A stretch of DNA of 64,000 nt from Alphaproteobacteria bacterium (GTDB taxonomy: Bacteria; Pseudomonadota; Alphaproteobacteria; SHVV01), in assembly GCA_965261735.1 (NCBI GenBank), contig OZ253470.1:1600001-1664000 (forward strand). The letters run 5' to 3'. Under the pieces are notes generated by a model. It did not search any database. It was given only the letters and a program-made list of their open reading frames with translations, and was not told the DNA's origin. This document shows positions 40,204-50,997 of the stretch, one piece after another. Made by a program: the position numbers and the translations under genes. The number at the start of each line of letters is the position of its first letter. Position 1 is the stretch's first letter.

Positions 40204-42729
40204 TCAGCCGCGGCGCAGGAAAGCCGGTATCTCCAGCAACCCCGCATTGTCGTCGCGGCCGTTGCCACGCGGCGGGGCCAGGACCTGTTCCCGCTCTACG
40301 GACACGTCATGGTCACCCGCGCCCGCGTCGCCGGCGGGCGGGTCGGCCGCTTCCGGTGAGGACGCCGCGACCGGGGGCGTTGCATCCGCGTTCATGCCCG
40401 AGGCGAGTGCGGCGGCGCGGCATTCGGCCACGGCGGGAGCATCGATGCTCTCGACGACGGAATGAACGCGTGCGTTCATGGGCTGCTGTGCCTCCACCGG
40501 AGTGGGTGCGGCGGCGGCGGCCGGCAGTGCATCGGCTTCCATAGCGTCGTCTTGCGGGGCTTCGCCATCCGCGGCCGATGGGTCGACACTGCTGTGTTCC
40601 AGCGCATCGACCGATGGCGTATCGATCTTCGACGGTTGCGGTTCGGGGGCGGTTGTCCCTTCGTCATCAGCCGAGGCGCTGTCGTCGACGGTGCCGGTAT
40701 CGAAGGCGCGGAAGCCGGGCGGCGTCCAGGCGATGGCCGCGGCGCGGCCCTCGGCCGTGACCCCGGCGGGCACATCGCCGCAGTGGGCGAAGGCGTCCTG
40801 CATCGCCTTGGCGATCTCCGCTTTCTTCTGTTTCGCCTCGGCTTGCGCCCAGGCCTCGCCCAGCGTTTCGCGGGCGATGGCGAGGATGCGGTCCTTGCGC
40901 AGCCGCGACCACAGCAGATCGGCGGTCCAGAGCTGATCGCTGTTGCCCCGGACGGCGGCTGCGAAATCGGTGTCGAGCCGGGCCACGGTCGCTTCGACCT
41001 CGGGCCGGGCTTTGGGTTCGAACGCCAGTTGACCTTTCAGCGTGCGCGCGACACAGGACGCGAACAGGGTCCGTTTGTCCCGCTCGGGAAGCGCCCGCAG
41101 CTCGGCGAAGGCCTCGGTATCGGACAGGCCGGTCCAGTCGAGCTTTTGTGCGGCACTGTCGATCTCGAGGTGCTTCTCGCCGATATTAATGTCGCCGAAA
41201 GCATCGTCGTTGACTCGCATGGCCGGACGGTCCGGGGTCTCAACTGCTCTTATGTCGAGCGCGTCGTCATGGTAGCCGTTGGTGAACACGCTGCGGGCAA
41301 GCTGGAACAGCAGCAGATCGAAGGCCGCCTCGAAGTCGCAGGCGAGCTGGCTCTTGACGATGGCCGTGCGGATGGCCCGCAAGTCGTCGGCAAGGCCGAT
41401 GCCGACGCCCGCTTCCTTGCGCGCCTCGGCTTCCGCATCGCCGGGCGAAGCGAGGGGAGCCGCAAGTGTGGGAGCCTCGATGTTGGAACTGGCGCTCTCC
41501 CCGTCGCCGGTATCGTCTTGTCCGGCCATGTTCGCATCGCCTGCATCGCGCGCGGGCATGTCCTCGGGCCGGACCAGGCCCTGGATCAGTTTGAGTTCGC
41601 CATCGTTGCCGATGGTGGCGATGCACCCGGCGATGGCGATATCCTCGCGACGGTAGACCGCGCGGGCCCCGATCACGGCTTCGATCTCGTCCAGGCGCGT
41701 CTCGTTGGCTTCGGCTTCTTCGACCAGCTCTTCGGTCCAGTCCTCGTCGTCCATGCTGGCGAGTTCGTCGTTGCGGGTCCTCAAGCGTTCGATCTCGGCC
41801 TTCTCCTCGTCCGTCGGCTCGGCCGGTTGCGGACGCACCCGCCCGAAGGCGGCGGTGGCGCTCCAGTCCATGTCGAGCCGCGCCTCGGCCCATTTCCAGC
41901 GCGTCTCCAGTTCCCTCGCCGCCACTTGTAGACTGTCCATGGCGAGCTTGTTCAAGAGATCGGGATCGTCGAACCAGATCCCCCGCTCGTCCTCCTCGGC
42001 GAACAGGTCGCGGTCGATCTTGCCGCCCGCCGCCTCGTAAGCCTCGATGCCGACGAAACGCGCGATGGCGGAGGTGGCCGGAACCCGGTCCTCGGTCAGC
42101 AGGCGCTTGATCTGCCAGGCGCCGGGCCGGTAGCCCTGCTGGCCCACCGTCTCCCAGACCGCGCTCTGGCGCGCCTGATCCGTGGTGACGGCGAAGGCCA
42201 TCAATGTTTCCAGATCGATCTCGCCCGCCCGGTAGGCTTCGAGCAGCACCGGTGCGGCGTTGCCGAGCCGCAGCCGTTTCTCCACGGTGCGTTCCGAGAC
42301 CCCGAAGCGCGCTGCGATGGCCGCGGCCGTGCTGCCCGCATCGGCCAGGCGGCGGAATGCCTCGACCTGATCGGCCGGGTGCATGGCGGCGCGGACACTG
42401 TTCTCGGCCAGTGAAACTTCTTCGGCCGCCACGATAGCGCCGATCATGCGGCAGGGCACGGGGTGGTCCTCTTCCAGCGCGCCCTCGGCGGCCAGCGCCT
42501 GCATTGCGGCCAACCGCCGTCCGCCGGCGATCACCGCGTAGCGCCCGATACCATCCGGGCCGGGTCCCATGGAACGGGCAATCAGGTTCTCGAGCAGCCC
42601 GTGGGCAGCGATCGAGGCCTTGAGCTCGGTGAAGGCTGAAGCATCGGCTGGCGTCTTGCGCACATTGCCGGTCGAGAGTTCGAGTTGGGACAGCGGGATG
42701 TCGCGGATATCGCGTTCGGGGTCGTGCAT
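40204..42729 (-). CDS. Large ParB/Spo0J-like protein of conjugative elements
   Basis: IPLSQLELSTGNVRK, LKASIAAHGLLENL, IAGGRRL, SLAENSVRAAMHPADQ, HTH IAARFGVSERTVEKRLRL; GGAG RBS before ATG 42729. Confidence 0.88.
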   Translation of the reverse strand: MHDPERDIRDIPLSQLELSTGNVRKTPADASAFTELKASIAAHGLLENLIARSMGPGPDGIGRYAVIAGGRRLAAMQALAAEGALEEDHPVPCRMIGAIVAAEEVSLAENSVRAAMHPADQVEAFRRLADAGSTAAAIAARFGVSERTVEKRLRLGNAAPVLLEAYRAGEIDLETLMAFAVTTDQARQSAVWETVGQQGYRPGAWQIKRLLTEDRVPATSAIARFVGIEAYEAAGGKIDRDLFAEEDERGIWFDDPDLLNKLAMDSLQVAARELETRWKWAEARLDMDWSATAAFGRVRPQPAEPTDEEKAEIERLRTRNDELASMDDEDWTEELVEEAEANETRLDEIEAVIGARAVYRREDIAIAGCIATIGNDGELKLIQGLVRPEDMPARDAGDANMAGQDDTGDGESASSNIEAPTLAAPLASPGDAEAEARKEAGVGIGLADDLRAIRTAIVKSQLACDFEAAFDLLLFQLARSVFTNGYHDDALDIRAVETPDRPAMRVNDDAFGDINIGEKHLEIDSAAQKLDWTGLSDTEAFAELRALPERDKRTLFASCVARTLKGQLAFEPKARPEVEATVARLDTDFAAAVRGNSDQLWTADLLWSRLRKDRILAIARETLGEAWAQAEAKQKKAEIAKAMQDAFAHCGDVPAGVTAEGRAAAIAWTPPGFRAFDTGTVDDSASADDEGTTAPEPQPSKIDTPSVDALEHSSVDPSAADGEAPQDDAMEADALPAAAAAPTPVEAQQPMNARVHSVVESIDAPAVAECRAAALASGMNADATPPVAASSPEAADPPAGDAGAGDHDVSVEREQVLAPPRGNGRDDNAGLLEIPAFLRRG

Positions 42730-42899
42730 GTCGGTCTCCGGGATTGCGTGAATGCGGAACCGGGCGGGGACACCCTCTTCGGTATCCGCCCTCGCCCGCC
42801 TTCGGCTCAAGCTCTCGCTCTCGCCGGCGTAACGGAACCGGATGGACCCGGAACGGTTGGACCGTGCAAGGACAGCTGGATCGATCGCCGCCGTTCCAG

Positions 42900-43414
42900 C
42901 GCCGGGCAGGCCGCCATGGGCAGGCGCGGTGCTGGTTCGATACCCGCCACGAGCCGTCGGGCTGGCGGCAGGCGCTGCCGTGGGCTTGCCCGGTGCGCCC
43001 GCCGGCGGTCGCGGTGAGTTGGTATTCCCTACAGTAGATTCCGGCGGCCGATCTGTCGGTGCGGGTCGGGGTAATCGCCCCTACGTTGCCGGTGTTGCGA
43101 TTGCGCCAGCGCAAGGGCACCACGCTTGGACCGGTCTCCAGCGCCGCTTGCTGTGTGCGGGCCGCACACAGCTTGTCGAGCGAGGCGCCGATCCCGCTAC
43201 CGGGAAACAGCCCCGCCATGGTTCCAGCTACGGTGGCCGCGATCCCGTGCTTGCCGCTTCCGGCTGTGGACCTGGGCAACCCCCGGCGATGTCGCCGAGC
43301 CCGCGCGCCGTCCATCCGCTTCACCCCATGACCGCCGGACATGCAACCGGCCCGAAACAGGGACGCGATTATCGCGATCGCCGTCCTGGTCGCCGCCGTC
43401 TTCGAATGGGTCAA
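42900..43414 (-). pseudogene. 17-kDa surface antigen / RT0821-Lpp0805-like lipoprotein, degenerate
   Basis: Lipobox-like RAGC, glycine zipper GSGIGASLD, WRNRNTGNVG, YCREYQ, GSACRQPDGSWR; natural stop apparently lost. Confidence 0.75.
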
Positions 43415-43590
43415 TCGAGACCTCCCGGCGGGGCGGCGAGAGCCGTTCTCTCTCCCTCATCCCCGCCGCCCGAAAGGCCCCGGCCTCATTCTCTCGCCGG
43501 CGCGCCAGGTTCTGGCGGAGGCAGTGCGCCCGTAGTGTAACTTTCTGCTTGTGGACCGCTGCCCGGATCGACGCCCGGGTCTGCCGAGGC

Positions 43591-44850
43591 TCAGGTTTTA
43601 ACCTTCGGGATGTCTTCCCAACGGGTTGTGTAGTTGGGCGAGCGGAACGCGCTGCTCGATCGCCAGGCCGCGGCCTGCGCCGCGGGGCCGAATTGGATCG
43701 CTCCCGGCCCCAGCCGGTCGTTGATGGCGTCGAACGCTTCGATCAGCTTGTCGTCCCTTGGATCCTGCGTATCGAATAGCGAGATTGGCGCCCGGCCGGC
43801 TTCTACGAGGTCGAGCAGCATCACCCCGGCGCGTTTGTACGCCAGCCCCTCGCGGTAGATGTGCTTCAGAGCGGCCAGCGCGGCTCGCACGACATGCTTC
43901 GTGTTATTGGTCGCGGGCGACAGTGCTTCCGAGCAGGAGGGAGCGTGGTGCGGGCTCTTGCCGAAACGGTTGGTCTCGATGAACACGCTCACCGAGGTTG
44001 AGACGAGATTGGCCCTGCGGATCGATCGTGCCGCATCGGTCGCGAACATGGCGATCGCATTGGCCAACTCGTCGTAGTCGCGCACTTCCGCGCCGAAGGA
44101 CCGGGAGACCATCGTCGTCTGCTTGGGCTGGGGCATGTCATCGAAGCCTATACAGTCCTCGCCGCGTAATTCCCGTACCGTCTTCAGCCCGCCGACGCCC
44201 ATCTCCTTGCGGATCCAGCCATCGGGCCGCCGCGCGAGATCGAGAGCCGTCATGACGCCGTTGCGGTTGAGTTTCTTGGCGTACTGCCTGCCGATGCCCC
44301 AGACATCGCCGACTTCAGTTGACGCCAGCGCCCTGTCGCGCCAGCGCTCACCGGTGAGATCGAGAACGCCGTCCGTTTTGGCGGAGGTCTTCGCGAGGCG
44401 ATTGGCGATCTTGGCAAGGGTCTTGGTCTCGGCGATGCCGATGCTGATCGGCAGCCCGGTCCATTGCCGCACGGTATGTTTCAGTCCCTGGCAGAACGCC
44501 GTGAGGTTTTCCGGTATTCCCGTGAGATCGAGAAAGCATTCGTCGATCGAGTATTTCTCCACCGCCGGGACCAGTTCCCCGAACACCTGCATCACCCGAT
44601 TGCTCATGTCGGTATAGAACTGGAGGTTGCCGCTGATGACGGCAATGCTGTGCCGCTCGATGAGGTCTTTCGCCTGGAACGCCGGCTGCGCCATCTTGAC
44701 GCCGAGCGCCTTGGCCTCGTCACTGCGCGCGACGATGCAGCCGTCGTTCGACGACAGGACGACGGCGGGACGGCCTTCGAGTGTAGGACGGAAGACCCTT
44801 TCGCAGGAGACGAAGAAGTTATTGCAATCGGCCAGTCCGTAGATGCTCAT
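43591..44850 (-). CDS. umuC: Y-family DNA polymerase (Pol V UmuC-like)
   Basis: LADCNNFFVSCERVFRP, VVLSSNDGC, YSIDECF, TKTLAKIAN, VWGIG, SRSFG, YKRAGV, SPNYTTRW. Confidence 0.93.
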   Translation of the reverse strand: MSIYGLADCNNFFVSCERVFRPTLEGRPAVVLSSNDGCIVARSDEAKALGVKMAQPAFQAKDLIERHSIAVISGNLQFYTDMSNRVMQVFGELVPAVEKYSIDECFLDLTGIPENLTAFCQGLKHTVRQWTGLPISIGIAETKTLAKIANRLAKTSAKTDGVLDLTGERWRDRALASTEVGDVWGIGRQYAKKLNRNGVMTALDLARRPDGWIRKEMGVGGLKTVRELRGEDCIGFDDMPQPKQTTMVSRSFGAEVRDYDELANAIAMFATDAARSIRRANLVSTSVSVFIETNRFGKSPHHAPSCSEALSPATNNTKHVVRAALAALKHIYREGLAYKRAGVMLLDLVEAGRAPISLFDTQDPRDDKLIEAFDAINDRLGPGAIQFGPAAQAAAWRSSSAFRSPNYTTRWEDIPKVKT

Positions 44851-45131
44851 GGCAGGCTCCGCACCACCCCGGCAACGACGCCCCAGACGTGGGCCTCCTC
44901 GCCATCGAGGGCGGCGAACGGACGCGCGGTCAACTCGCCCTCGATTGCCGCGATGACGATGGAACCCGTGCTTGGTGTACGCGAGCGGTCGACGATCAAG
45001 GTGTCGCCGGCAAGGATCCCGTGTTCGGCCATGCCGCCGCCCTCGGCCGTGACAAAGAATGTCGCCGCAGGACGCTTTATGAAATGATCGTCGAGGCTAA
45101 GACTCGTCGTGGGGGTGACTACGGTGAACAT
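44847..45131 (-). CDS. UmuD'-like S24-fold protein lacking catalytic Ser/Lys
   Basis: SLDDHFIKRPAATFFVTAEGGGM...GILAGDTLIVDRS...IVIAAIEGELTAR...VWGVV; ATGA overlap with umuC. Confidence 0.8.
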   Translation of the reverse strand: MFTVVTPTTSLSLDDHFIKRPAATFFVTAEGGGMAEHGILAGDTLIVDRSRTPSTGSIVIAAIEGELTARPFAALDGEEAHVWGVVAGVVRSLP

Positions 45132-45327
45132 CAGGCAATGCCTGTAAATTTACCTTGTCGGCGCCGGCGGCGGTTAACTTGGTTTGGCGGTAGAATACAT
45201 CCAGCACGTCGGTTCAAGTAGAACGACGTGAAAAGGGAAACGGCAAGCTGGCGTGTAACAGGGGCAATCAGTTGCACCAGCCGGGCCACGCGGCAGTATA
45301 AGAGGCTTGGAATGAGGGGTTCAGGAA

Positions 45328-45663
45328 ATGGCTATCGATGAGAGCGGGCTCACCAAAGGTCTGGTGAGAAAATTGACCGCGCTTAGGAAATCTGTCGGCG
45401 ACGACCTCGCCGAAGAGGTCTTCGCAAGGTGGCTGGAGCGGGAGGCTGCCTCACAAGCCAGGAGCAAGCCGGATCCCGTGGCGATGAAGATCGTCGAGGC
45501 TCTCGCGGGCTTTGAGAATGACCCGAAGTTCAATCTCGGAAATTATGGCTACACACTGCGCCGCGCCAAAGGCAAGGGTGCGTCGGGCTTCATCGCATAC
45601 AAGAATGAAAAGGCGGATAAAGCGCCGACCCCGTTTTCTGAAGTTGAGAAGCTCAGTCGATGA
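45328..45663 (+). CDS. Hypothetical basic protein
   Basis: AGGA RBS, 111 aa ORF with protein-like composition; overlaps the next gene. Confidence 0.7.
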   Translation: MAIDESGLTKGLVRKLTALRKSVGDDLAEEVFARWLEREAASQARSKPDPVAMKIVEALAGFENDPKFNLGNYGYTLRRAKGKGASGFIAYKNEKADKAPTPFSEVEKLSR

Positions 45664-45980
45664 CCGCCTTTGATGACCGCAAAACAGCCACCGAAGCCAA
45701 GTTCACGCATGATCAGGAGTTCCAGTTCAAGACCATCGCGCGGCGCAACAAGCTGCTCGGCCTGTGGGCAGCGGAGCAAATGGGCATTTCAGGCGCGGAT
45801 GCCGAAGCCTACGCCAAGCAGGTCGTGATCGCCGATTTTGAAGAGCCGGGAGATGCCGATGTGTTGCGGAAGGTGCTCGGCGACCTGACTGACAAAGGGA
45901 TCGCGACCGACGAGCACAAGGTGCGTCACGAGATGACCCACCTGCTGGAGGAAGCCAAAACGCAGGTTTCGACCGAATAG
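45660..45980 (+). CDS. F1Fo-ATPase inhibitor zeta subunit (DUF1476)
   Basis: MTAFDDRKTATEAKFTHDQEFQFKTIARRNKLLGLWAA...ADFEEPGDADVLRKV. Confidence 0.92.
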   Translation: MTAFDDRKTATEAKFTHDQEFQFKTIARRNKLLGLWAAEQMGISGADAEAYAKQVVIADFEEPGDADVLRKVLGDLTDKGIATDEHKVRHEMTHLLEEAKTQVSTE

Positions 45981-46011
45981 AACGCGATCATTGGGTTAAA
46001 TCAACAGGCTG

Positions 46012-46031
46012 GCACCGCGGGATCCCGGTGC
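46012..46031 (+). terminator. Hairpin downstream of zeta, possible terminator
   Basis: GCACCG-CGGGATCC-CGGTGC stem; no U tract. Confidence 0.35.
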
Positions 46032-46511
46032 GTCAGCAACGCAATGCTATGCAACCTCTGCAGCATAGATTAGTAGTTTCTCTGAATCGCACCGACAGTG
46101 AGATTCGGGACATGACCATCGGTCAGGCCGCATAGGTGAAGAACGACCTTATCTGGATTTCGGAGGCAATGTTAGGTCAAGGCTAGTTACAACAGTTGGA
46201 GGTCACCAGCCCAGCAGCTCACCTGAAGGGCAAGCTTTGCTACGCCTTTCGTCGCCTTCAGCGGTCAGGGTATCGATTTCCGGAGATTCCCATCCGATTC
46301 CCAGCACGCTAAGGCAATCCCGGTGCGCCCCTGGCTATGAGGCGCGCAAACGCAAGATTAAAGGGCGGTCCAGCCTGGATCGGGTGTCTGCGCTCGAACT
46401 GAGGACAGGAAGTTTGAGGGTCTGAGGGTTTGGCCCCTTTCAGGCAGTCCACGAGATTTTTGGCTTCCTCGAACGCTCTCTTCAGCGGTACCGTTCTTCC
46501 AAACAGCTCTT

Positions 46512-48064
46512 CTAGTCCCCTCCAGTGGGGTACATAGAATCGTTATGCTGCAAACCTTGAATTGCTTCACTAGCTACACTCTGCGCAGTAAGGGGTCCCG
46601 TCATCCTCTCAAAAGGCAAGCCGCTTGTTTCCTGATCCCAAACTACACACATTCCTGCAAGGGCGTGGGTTGCAGCGGAGAGATTAGGCATAAATTGTTC
46701 CAGTGCACTGCTCCCGTGCGCTCTAGCATTTCTGATCTTTTGCGTGGGGCCGAGAATGATTTCGTACTCGCGCGGCACCAGCGATGCGATAGCGGCCGCG
46801 AGAGCCTTTACGCGGCGCGGCAGATTCTCTTTTCTTAGGGACCCCAATAATCCTCTGAGCCGGTCGACTTCCACTTCGATACCTGCTGCTACAGCACCGG
46901 CGGCGGCTCCCTCCACCATCTTCGCGATATCTTCCTTCGAGTACGGGGATGCTGAATCGAATTCCCCCACACTCTCGATCCCTGCACAAAGTAATACGAT
47001 ATGATCCGGCGATGCCACATCGTTCATATCCGCAATCACGCTTTCCAGGTTCGCTCGGAACGTTCGACGTTCCTCCTGTTTGGTCAACCACCCCTGCATT
47101 ACCCGAGCAAGTTCGCGTCTTTCCTTCCATCCATTGAGCGGTGCTAAGCTTCCATGGGGCAGGTACCGGTCTTTCTTTACGGGCCTTTCTCTCAAATTGG
47201 GAAGGTACAGAGGCGCGTATCCTCTTGGACGCCTCTTGGAACGAGCGCAAATGCTTCGAAAAGGCAGCTGATCCATCGTGATTTGGGAGAAGAATCGCCG
47301 CCAGTCCAAGACGTGAGTGATGGCATGATCGATAGTGGTTGGTTTATCGAAATGTATGAAGGCTAGTGGCATGAATTTGATTTGAGGATTGCTCCAAGAT
47401 AGAGATTCCTCCATGCCCATATGGACTTCGTAGATTCGGTCTTCAACTCGGAAGCTTAGGACTCGAGGCAACCGGTGCAACAGCCAGACTTCGTGTGGGC
47501 GAAAAAGATCATATGCTCTTCGGTATTGCTTCCTCAAGCGACGAAGTTTCTTTAGCTTACTCAGAATATCCTGTGGTGTCTTATAAAGAGAATGCCGCTC
47601 AATTACTTCAAAATGAAAAAATTATCTAAGCCTTGCAGTGAAAAGCCGATCGTAGTTAGTTGCCCAGTGTCTGAAAGATGATCAGCTCCAAACGCAATAT
47701 AATTTGGAAAGATAGTCGTTTCGAAATGCAATACATCCGTTCCGTATGACGTCATACCTGATTGAAGTGCGTTGTGTAGAAAGAGTTTGTCACCATTCCC
47801 CGATTGCAGCGCTAGATCAAACCAGCCATTATCATCCGTGTCGAAATTGCAGAACTGCGACGTTGACAATTTAACGACTGTATCTTTACCAGCAACCGTT
47901 AGAACGCCCGCACCCCCGAATCCAAGATACGAAAATCTTACATTTGTCCGGCTATTCTCTTCTTCAAGTTCACTAAAGGATTGCATATCACCTTCCTCGT
48001 CAATCTCTTGTGCCTGATCGAGACAGAGCTTATCGCATGGCAACGGGTGTCTTTCTTCAGCCAT
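46512..48064 (-). pseudogene. ApeA-like HEPN protein with a single frameshift
   Basis: Adding one T to the T6 tract (47616-47621) joins both ORFs (DNFF-HFEVIERHSLYK...RKQYRR); C-terminal GIES...RNARAH Rx4H motif; low GC. Confidence 0.65.
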
Positions 48065-48308
48065 TTTCCGTTTGTCGTCACCTGACGATTAACAAGATCC
48101 ATGCTAGAAGGTCATGTTCGTCATCCGCTGCATGGTCGTACTGGCTCCGCTCAGTACACTCCAGACAACCGACCACCGGTTAGTCTCGCCCGTACGGCTT
48201 CCGATATTGCTCGATACGAGCCACATAAAGTGGGCTAGAGGTGTGATCTGAACATTGGAGCTCGTAACGGCAGTCGCCCCGACACCTCCTCTCCACTACA
48301 GACGATCA

Positions 48309-48830
48309 CTATGGTCGTACTGCCGCATGCTCGTGTATCTGGACGGGATTCCAGGCTCGACCGGCTTTGGGCAACGGTATCCCCGTTTCGTGGAATTCTC
48401 CGTGGAACCCCGGCAGGCTAATCTCTGTCCCTTGGAATTCCCCTCCGCAGATTATCTTGTATTCTGGGACGGCCTCGCCGCTCATCCCGAGGAAGTGGCC
48501 CCATAGCTCCGCGTTCCCCGTCCGGCTAGCTCGGTACCGTTCCAGCACGTGGGAGGCGGCAAGCACGGCGACCAACTGAGGATATGTGGTGAGCCCGAAG
48601 TGCACTCGCTCCATATCCCTCGACTGCTCGTCCCTGTCGACATCCACATGCACGGCTTCCGTGTTGGCAACGAACTTGAGTGCATCTCGGAGGCTGTACA
48701 CGCGCTCATCCACCCGGAACAGCCGCTGGTTCAGCCAAGTTGCGAGTGACACTGGTTGCGCCTGCGCGTCGAACAACTGTTCAAATACCCAACGCTTAGA
48801 CCTGGAGTCGAACCGTAGGCCGTGCAGGGG
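48309..48830 (-). pseudogene. Hypothetical protein C-terminal remnant cut by IS3
   Basis: WLNQRLF...YSLRDALKFVANTEAVHVD; no good start codon, abuts the IS. Confidence 0.5.
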
Positions 48831-50341
48831 TGTCCGACGTCAGCGCCTTTGGGACAAATTGAGGTAATTGCATAACGGAGGATTTCTGGCTCATCGTAGT
48901 GACCGAAGGGAACGAAGATGAGGCAGAAATCAATGAGCAAGAACGACCGGCGGAGAGAACGGTTCGCGATATTCGGCGCAAGACACGCAAGCAGTATACG
49001 GCTGAGGAGAAGATCCGGATCGTGGTGTCGGGCCTGCGCGGCGAGGAGAGCATCGCCGCCTTGTGCCGCCGCGAGGGCATCGCCGAGGGTCTGTATTACA
49101 GCTGGTCGAAAGAGTTTTTGGAAGCGGGCAAGAAGCAGCTCGCCGGCGACACCGGGCGCCAAGCGACCTCGGGCGAGGTTAAAGTTCTGCGCCAGGAGAT
49201 GCGCGACTTGAAGGAGTTGGTCGCCGAACTTTCGCTTGAGAACCGGCTTTTCAAAAAAAGCATGATCGCGGATGGGGGAGACGAGGAATGAGGTATCCCG
49301 CATCCGAGAAGCTGGAGATCATCCGCCTGGTCGAGCAGTCCCACCTGGGCGTCGGGTCCACTTTGGACAAGCTGGGCATTCCGAAGACCACCTTTTATCG
49401 CTGGTACGATCGCTTTCTGGCCTTTGGCGACGCCGGTCTTAAGGATCGCAACAGCAGCCCAGGCCGGGTGTGGAACCGTATCCCGGATGATGTCCGGGGG
49501 CAGATCATCGATCTTGCCCTGGAGGAGACGCAACTGTCGCCCCGGGAACTGGCCGTCAGGTTTACGGACACCAGGGGCTATTTTGTCTCGGAAGCCTCGG
49601 TTTACCGGCTTCTCAAGGCCCACGACCTGATCACCAGCCCCGCTTTCGTGGTCATCAAGGCAGCCGATGAGTTCCGCGACAAGACCACGGCGCCGAACCA
49701 GCTGTGGCAGACCGACTTCACCTATCTCAAGGTCATCGGCTGGGGCTGGTTTTACCTGTCGACCATCCTGGACGACTATTCCCGCTACATCATTGCTTGG
49801 AAGCTCTGCACCAACATGACGGCGGACGATGTGACGGCAACACTGAAGTTAGCGCTAGAAGCCTCAGGCTGCAATCGCGCCAATGTCGTCCACAAGCCGA
49901 GGCTGCTCAGCGACAACGGCTCGTCCTATATCTCCGGCGATCTGGCTGAATGGCTCGAGGACCACGGTATGGATCACGTTCGCGGCGCACCGTATCACCC
50001 GCAAACCCAGGGCAAGATCGAGCGCTGGCATCAAACCCTGAAGAACCGGATCCTGCTTGAAAATTATTATCTACCCGGCGATCTCGAAAACCAGATCAGC
50101 GCTTTCGTCGATCACTACAACAACCAACGCTACCACGAGAGCATCGGCAACGTAACTCCAGCCGACACCTACTTTGGACGCCACACCGCCATCATCCAAA
50201 AGAGAAAAAAGATCAAAAAACTGACCACCCAAAACCGCCGCTTGAACCATCAACGCCAAGCGGCTTGACATCAAACAAAGATGAGCCAGATCCTCCCTTA
50301 TGAAACACGCTCAACAGTCCCATTTGTTTTGATGACGGACA
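48831..50341 (+). mobile_element. IS3-family element copy 1 (orfA ~48918-49291, orfB 49288-50268)
   Basis: TGTCCG...CGGACA ends, A7G frameshift window at 49253-49260, WQTDFTY, LSDNG, QGKIERWH. Confidence 0.93.
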
Positions 50342-50594
50342 TTGTTGACTGCGCCTCTTTTGGTTCCGCAACCTAGGGCTTCGCGGCCGCCCTTCAGGTT
50401 ATGAAACTTTGGGGTGACCGTCGCCACCGGCCGCCACGCGTTTGGTCCGTTGCTCACAAGCAGGAGCGCCGCCCTTCGCTCCGCGACGACCGCCGTGCGA
50501 GTTTCGGCCCACCGGTGAATCGGCGACCCTCACTTCGCGCCACGTCGGCGCGGCGGCCCGATCCTTCGGTCTTCGCCACCCGCCACCCGCCACC

Positions 50595-50628
50595 GTAAGC
50601 GTTCCGTCAGGCCTGACGGAACGCTTAC
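50595..50628. repeat. Perfect 34-bp palindrome
   Basis: GTAAGCGTTCCGTCAGGCCTGACGGAACGCTTAC; arm repeated at 50711-50724. Confidence 0.9.
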
Positions 50629-50793
50629 CGCCATACCGCCACCGACCCCCACCGCGGGTCAACCCGGGTCAGAAGATGTCTGGATCCTAGATTTAGAATG
50701 AATCCGCTTTCGGAACGCTTACGGTTGACAAAATCAGATTTGCCGCAGATAAAAGAAACTCCCGAAAAGACTAATGTTTACGGGGGTTTATCT

Positions 50794-50838
50794 TGGTTGC
50801 GGGGGTTGGATTTGAACCAACGACCTTCAGGTTATGAG
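50794..50838 (-). other. att site: 3' half of tRNA-Met(CAT), not a full tRNA
   Basis: rc CTCATAACCTGAAGGTCGTTGGTTCAAATCCAACCCCCGCAACCA (anticodon loop, T arm, CCA); 5' half absent; integrase adjacent. Confidence 0.88.
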
Positions 50839-50997
50839 TTTCGATACATATGGTAGACAGAGGTGCGCACACGTGCGCAGGAGTACGATAAATAGCAGGA
50901 TTACGTTGGATTCAGTGATTCTTTCTACGACAGACGTACACAGGGATGCGCTCTGGTTTACCTGAAAGTGTTTGCCAATAGTTAGCCATGGTGATAC

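Noticed and set aside
41267-43414. 715-aa ORF as a real fusion protein
   Set aside because: Only the first ~160 aa resemble a lipoprotein; the rest is out-of-frame read-through over the ParB-like gene
45190-45235. LexA box upstream of umuD
   Set aside because: GTTC/GAAC half-sites occur, but not as a convincing GTTC-N7-GTTC repeat
50794-50838. Functional tRNA-Met gene
   Set aside because: The 5' acceptor strand and D arm are absent; treated as an att fragment
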